Positions 60,588 to 64,000 of a stretch of 64,000 nucleotides of DNA are shown here, piece after piece (position 1 is the stretch's first letter; each line of letters begins with the position of its first letter). The DNA comes from Bigelowiella natans CCMP2755 (taxonomy: Eukaryota > Protista > Cercozoa): assembly GCA_000320545.1 (NCBI GenBank), contig ADNK01002054.1, positions 21,899-85,898 of the forward strand, given 5' to 3'. The translations under genes and the position numbers were made by a program. The notes beneath the pieces are model-generated. The model did no database searches, was not told the DNA's origin, and saw only the letters and a list, made by a program, of their open reading frames with translations.

Positions 60588-61390
60588 ATGCGTCTGATTG
60601 GCGAACGGCCTTCGAAGGGAGTTGATTTATCGCTTCCAAAGTCTTCCACTCTGCGAGTATGGATTAGTAGAGGTACGTTTAGGCTAGATTACTGGTCCTT
60701 TCCCTGGCTTTCTCTAATACAACAATGTTTTATTAGGTCGCAGCCGCTTAGCAAAAGTAAGTCTCAACCAAGATTTTCATTTTAAAATCTCTTATTTGAC
60801 ATCTTCTAAATTATCAGGCGTTGAAGGGGAATAGGGACCACCTTGTTACAGCTGTACTCATAGTTATATGGTGATTGCCTTCATATACACAGACTAACAA
60901 ACTAAAGCTGAAGCGATCTGCTCCATATATCGTATTAGGTATTCTGCAGCCGTGATGTCAAATATCAGCAGTAAAACAATTATGAGCCAGTACAAGCATC
61001 CATCGTTCCTAGTCTTGCTACAGTTGCTTGTAAATGTTGTTCTCAATGGCATTGTTTTATCTCGCACGTCCTCCGGCGAGGAATCAGGTTAGATGCATGC
61101 AGTTAGAAGGAACCTGAAAATGTAGAAATACCAACCCTAGCCGTCACTACTATTTGATAAATACCTGTAGAATTTTCATTGAATGTTGTTGGTCTCAGCT
61201 ATTATTTGAATCTTTTATATTAGTTTTAAGCAAAGTGAAGAAAGCCGCACCACTCTGCCTTCCAAGTGCTGTCACTCTGATGCTTTCGCGAATTTTGACA
61301 TACTTCAGGTCTGTTATTCTCCTGATTCTATTCCATCCACCCGTTCTCAATATTTTGGAATTTACGAATCAAATCCATTTTAATTCTCAA

Positions 61391-61467
<77 letters not shown>

Positions 61468-62354
61468 TTGAATGGTAAAGACCTTACATTTGCATTGCCC
61501 ATCAAACCCCCTTATATCTGCTCTATGTGTTCGTTTGATTATCTTTGTCCTCTTCCTAATGATACAGCTTCAGCAAAGTGCCTGCATCGTTAACGCAGAC
61601 TATCAAGGCTTCCTCTCCTGTTTTTACAGTATTGTTGTCCTTTCTACTGCGTGGAAACCGCACGCGGCCGGGCATGCTGGTGACACTCATCCCAATCATC
61701 ATCGGTGTGACCTTAAGTACGGTTACGGAGCTAGAATTTGAGTTTCTGGGTTTTGTAAGTGCCTTATTGGCAGCTTTCATCAGCACTCTGCAGACCTTCG
61801 CGACGAAGGACTTTTTGGCACAATCGAAGGTGGAGTAGTAGTAGTTGTTGTTTTAGCACATCTTCGTTGTTGTCGTAGACTTTCACCTCGATGGTCCAGA
61901 GTTATCCGATATGAAATTAGAAATGCTAATTATGACATGGTTATAAATATTAGTATGAATATCTACTAATAGAACAGTCCAGTGCGCAATGTAGTATTCC
62001 TCTTCACTCAATCACTCCTCACTCACTCGGTTGCTTCAGGTTGAATCTTCTCCTCTTCTTTTTAATCTTACTGTCTCTCTGATGGCATCGGTGGTGCTTT
62101 TGCCCGCCAACATCTACCAATCTTTGACAACCAATGCAAGCGACTCGCAGAAAGATGAGGAGAGAATCTCCGGTAACTTACTAAATAGAATTATGATGAT
62201 AGCTAAATACAGTTTACACCCTTGGAAATCTAAAATGGAATTTTGTTCCAATTTATATTTCCAATGGTGTGTGTAAATAATATACATGAATGTTATTTAC
62301 TTTTCCACACACGTGAACACACCCGCACACACAACGCACACACACATGCACACA

Positions 62355-62399
<45 letters not shown>

Positions 62400-62403
62400 A
62401 TAT

Positions 62404-62481
<78 letters not shown>

Positions 62482-62991
62482 AGAGCATGTTCCGACGACG
62501 AACATTTATGAGCTGTAAAAATCGAGGCTAGTAGATAGCTTTTCTTGAGTTTGGAAACCGCCTGCATTTCTACTGTCCAATCCGTGGTTCTGGTTACCAT
62601 GATACAGAACGATTGATATTATCTTGAATGAAATCATCATTGCTTTTTCTTTACAGGTTCGCTAGTAATCTTATTCATAGTGAGTGTGCTGATGAACTGG
62701 TGCCAGACGATATCTTCGATCCACGTGCTAAAGCGCCTGAGCCTGTTGTCGCATCAAGTCATAAGCGTTATGCGTCGGCTCCTCATCATAGTTACGAGCC
62801 TTCTATACTTCCGAACTGAAATAACAACTGTGAAGATCCTCGGAATTCTGACGGCGATCGGGGGATTTGGATGGTATTCGTTCGAAAAGAAGCGGGATCA
62901 GAAGAAAGCAAAGGTTTCTCCGCAGCCAGTGGCGTCGAGCCACGCTTCTTTCTACACTGACTGCAACAACAAGATGTTGATAGTCGTGTAG
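60588..62991 (+). CDS. Triose-phosphate/nucleotide-sugar transporter family protein (SLC35E-like), multi-exon
   Basis: IWYSAAVMSNISSKTIM, FSKVPASLTQTIKASSPVFTVLLSFLL, LIPIIIGVTLSTVTELEFEFLGFVSAL, SHQVISVMRRLLIIVTSLLYFR, GILTAIGGFGWYS. The start is approximate. Confidence 0.88.
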
Positions 62992-63119
62992 TTATAGATA
63001 TGTTAGGGAGGAAAGTAGCAGGGAGTCGCGTGTTATGTGCTCAAATGTGCAATTCCCAAGGGTGCTATAGCAACATTTAGCACCATTATCATCATTATGA
63101 ACAGATCAATCAGCTTTTG

Positions 63120-63810
63120 AGAATTCACATTTGGCCAATGCCACTACATGTTTTGCCCCAGAGATCACATGATTTGCGTTGGGCATGTTCATGGTTGCGG
63201 CAACAATGACAATGACTGCTAAGCACAACAGAACTGACATGCCAACGATGGAGATGTGTGGACTGCGTAGTCCCTACACGTGCACAATCTGTGCAACGCA
63301 CATGTGTGCATCGACCACTTCCAGACTCATTCACGTGCAGCTCCAACCTCATGTGCAGCACAAAGCAGCACGCACATGAACACGTGCATCAGAACACGTG
63401 TCGTGACATCTTTGGCGGCACACGTGTGCAGATTGTGTGAAAAGTGCTTGTGTGTGTGTGCTTTTTTTGTGCACACTGTTGGAGTGCTTGTTGGTAGTTC
63501 AGTTGGAGGCGGTGCGGAATGCAGGCGACTAGCATGGTCAGGTGGAGGTGGGAAGGCAGGGGAGAACAGCTGGGCAAGCAGCTGTCTCAGATCTGTGTTG
63601 ATGACGACATGACGTTTCATGCATGCCACACAATGTCAACATTCATCAAGGCGAAATTGCCTGAATCACCATGTGCGCCGGCAGCGCTGAACATTGATGG
63701 GGGCGAAACAGCCCATTGACTCATGAGAGGTTGGCTCTCATTGGTCAGCAGCCACTGCACGCATTGTCGGGGCAGTGAATTGAGGTCGCACATTGCCCTT
63801 CGGCTGCATT
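63120..63810. repeat. TpA-depleted island downstream of the transporter gene
   Basis: Manual count gives 6 TA in about 690 bp, all in CTA or TAG context. Confidence 0.65.
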
Positions 63811-64000
63811 CTCTACTACGTCAATTTTGCTTCATCAAGCCTAATGTGTGCGTAAGTACGCTCTACATCCGTCTCATATGTACTAATGTAGCACGTCGCA
63901 GTCATCACGTGAAATGTGTGTGTAAATATAGGCGTAGCGTTGTACGCTAATGCGCTACACTACTTTTTGTTTGTGTGCTTGCTAGCTTGGCTAGCACTAT

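Overview
Gene-dense, intron-rich eukaryotic nuclear DNA. It is most likely a chlorarachniophyte alga of the Bigelowiella type; this is an inference from several proteins with bipartite signal-peptide + basic transit-peptide leaders and from microsatellite-filled introns. About 17 protein-coding genes can be reconstructed: a C2H2 zinc-finger factor, an ABHD1/2/3-type esterase, an intronless carotenoid oxygenase, an HSD17B10-like SDR, MnSOD, a plastid EF-hand protein, a plastid twin-retropepsin protease, a plastid Hsp20-DUF1350 fusion, a PCMTD-like methyltransferase, pantothenate kinase, a signal-peptide/C2H2 protein, primase large subunit, APC13, CFAP141, a Frag1/DRAM/Sfk1 membrane protein, HMCES/SRAP and a TPT/SLC35E transporter. 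There is also a nest of 5'-truncated LINE copies. The most striking feature is not a gene. Repeat and intergenic islands are almost free of the dinucleotide TpA: by manual count there are 4 TA in 44761-48780 and none in 45379-47999, while CpG is retained. Paralogous copies differ by TG in one copy versus CA in the other at the same position, the LINE ORF has no tyrosine (Cys/His instead), and surviving TAs sit mostly in CTAG/TAG/CTA contexts. This points to a double-stranded, DNA-level, repeat-directed TpA->TpG/CpA (A-to-G) hypermutation process, the mirror image of fungal RIP. No candidate enzyme is encoded in this window. All exon structures and counts were done by eye; several gene starts and ends are approximate.
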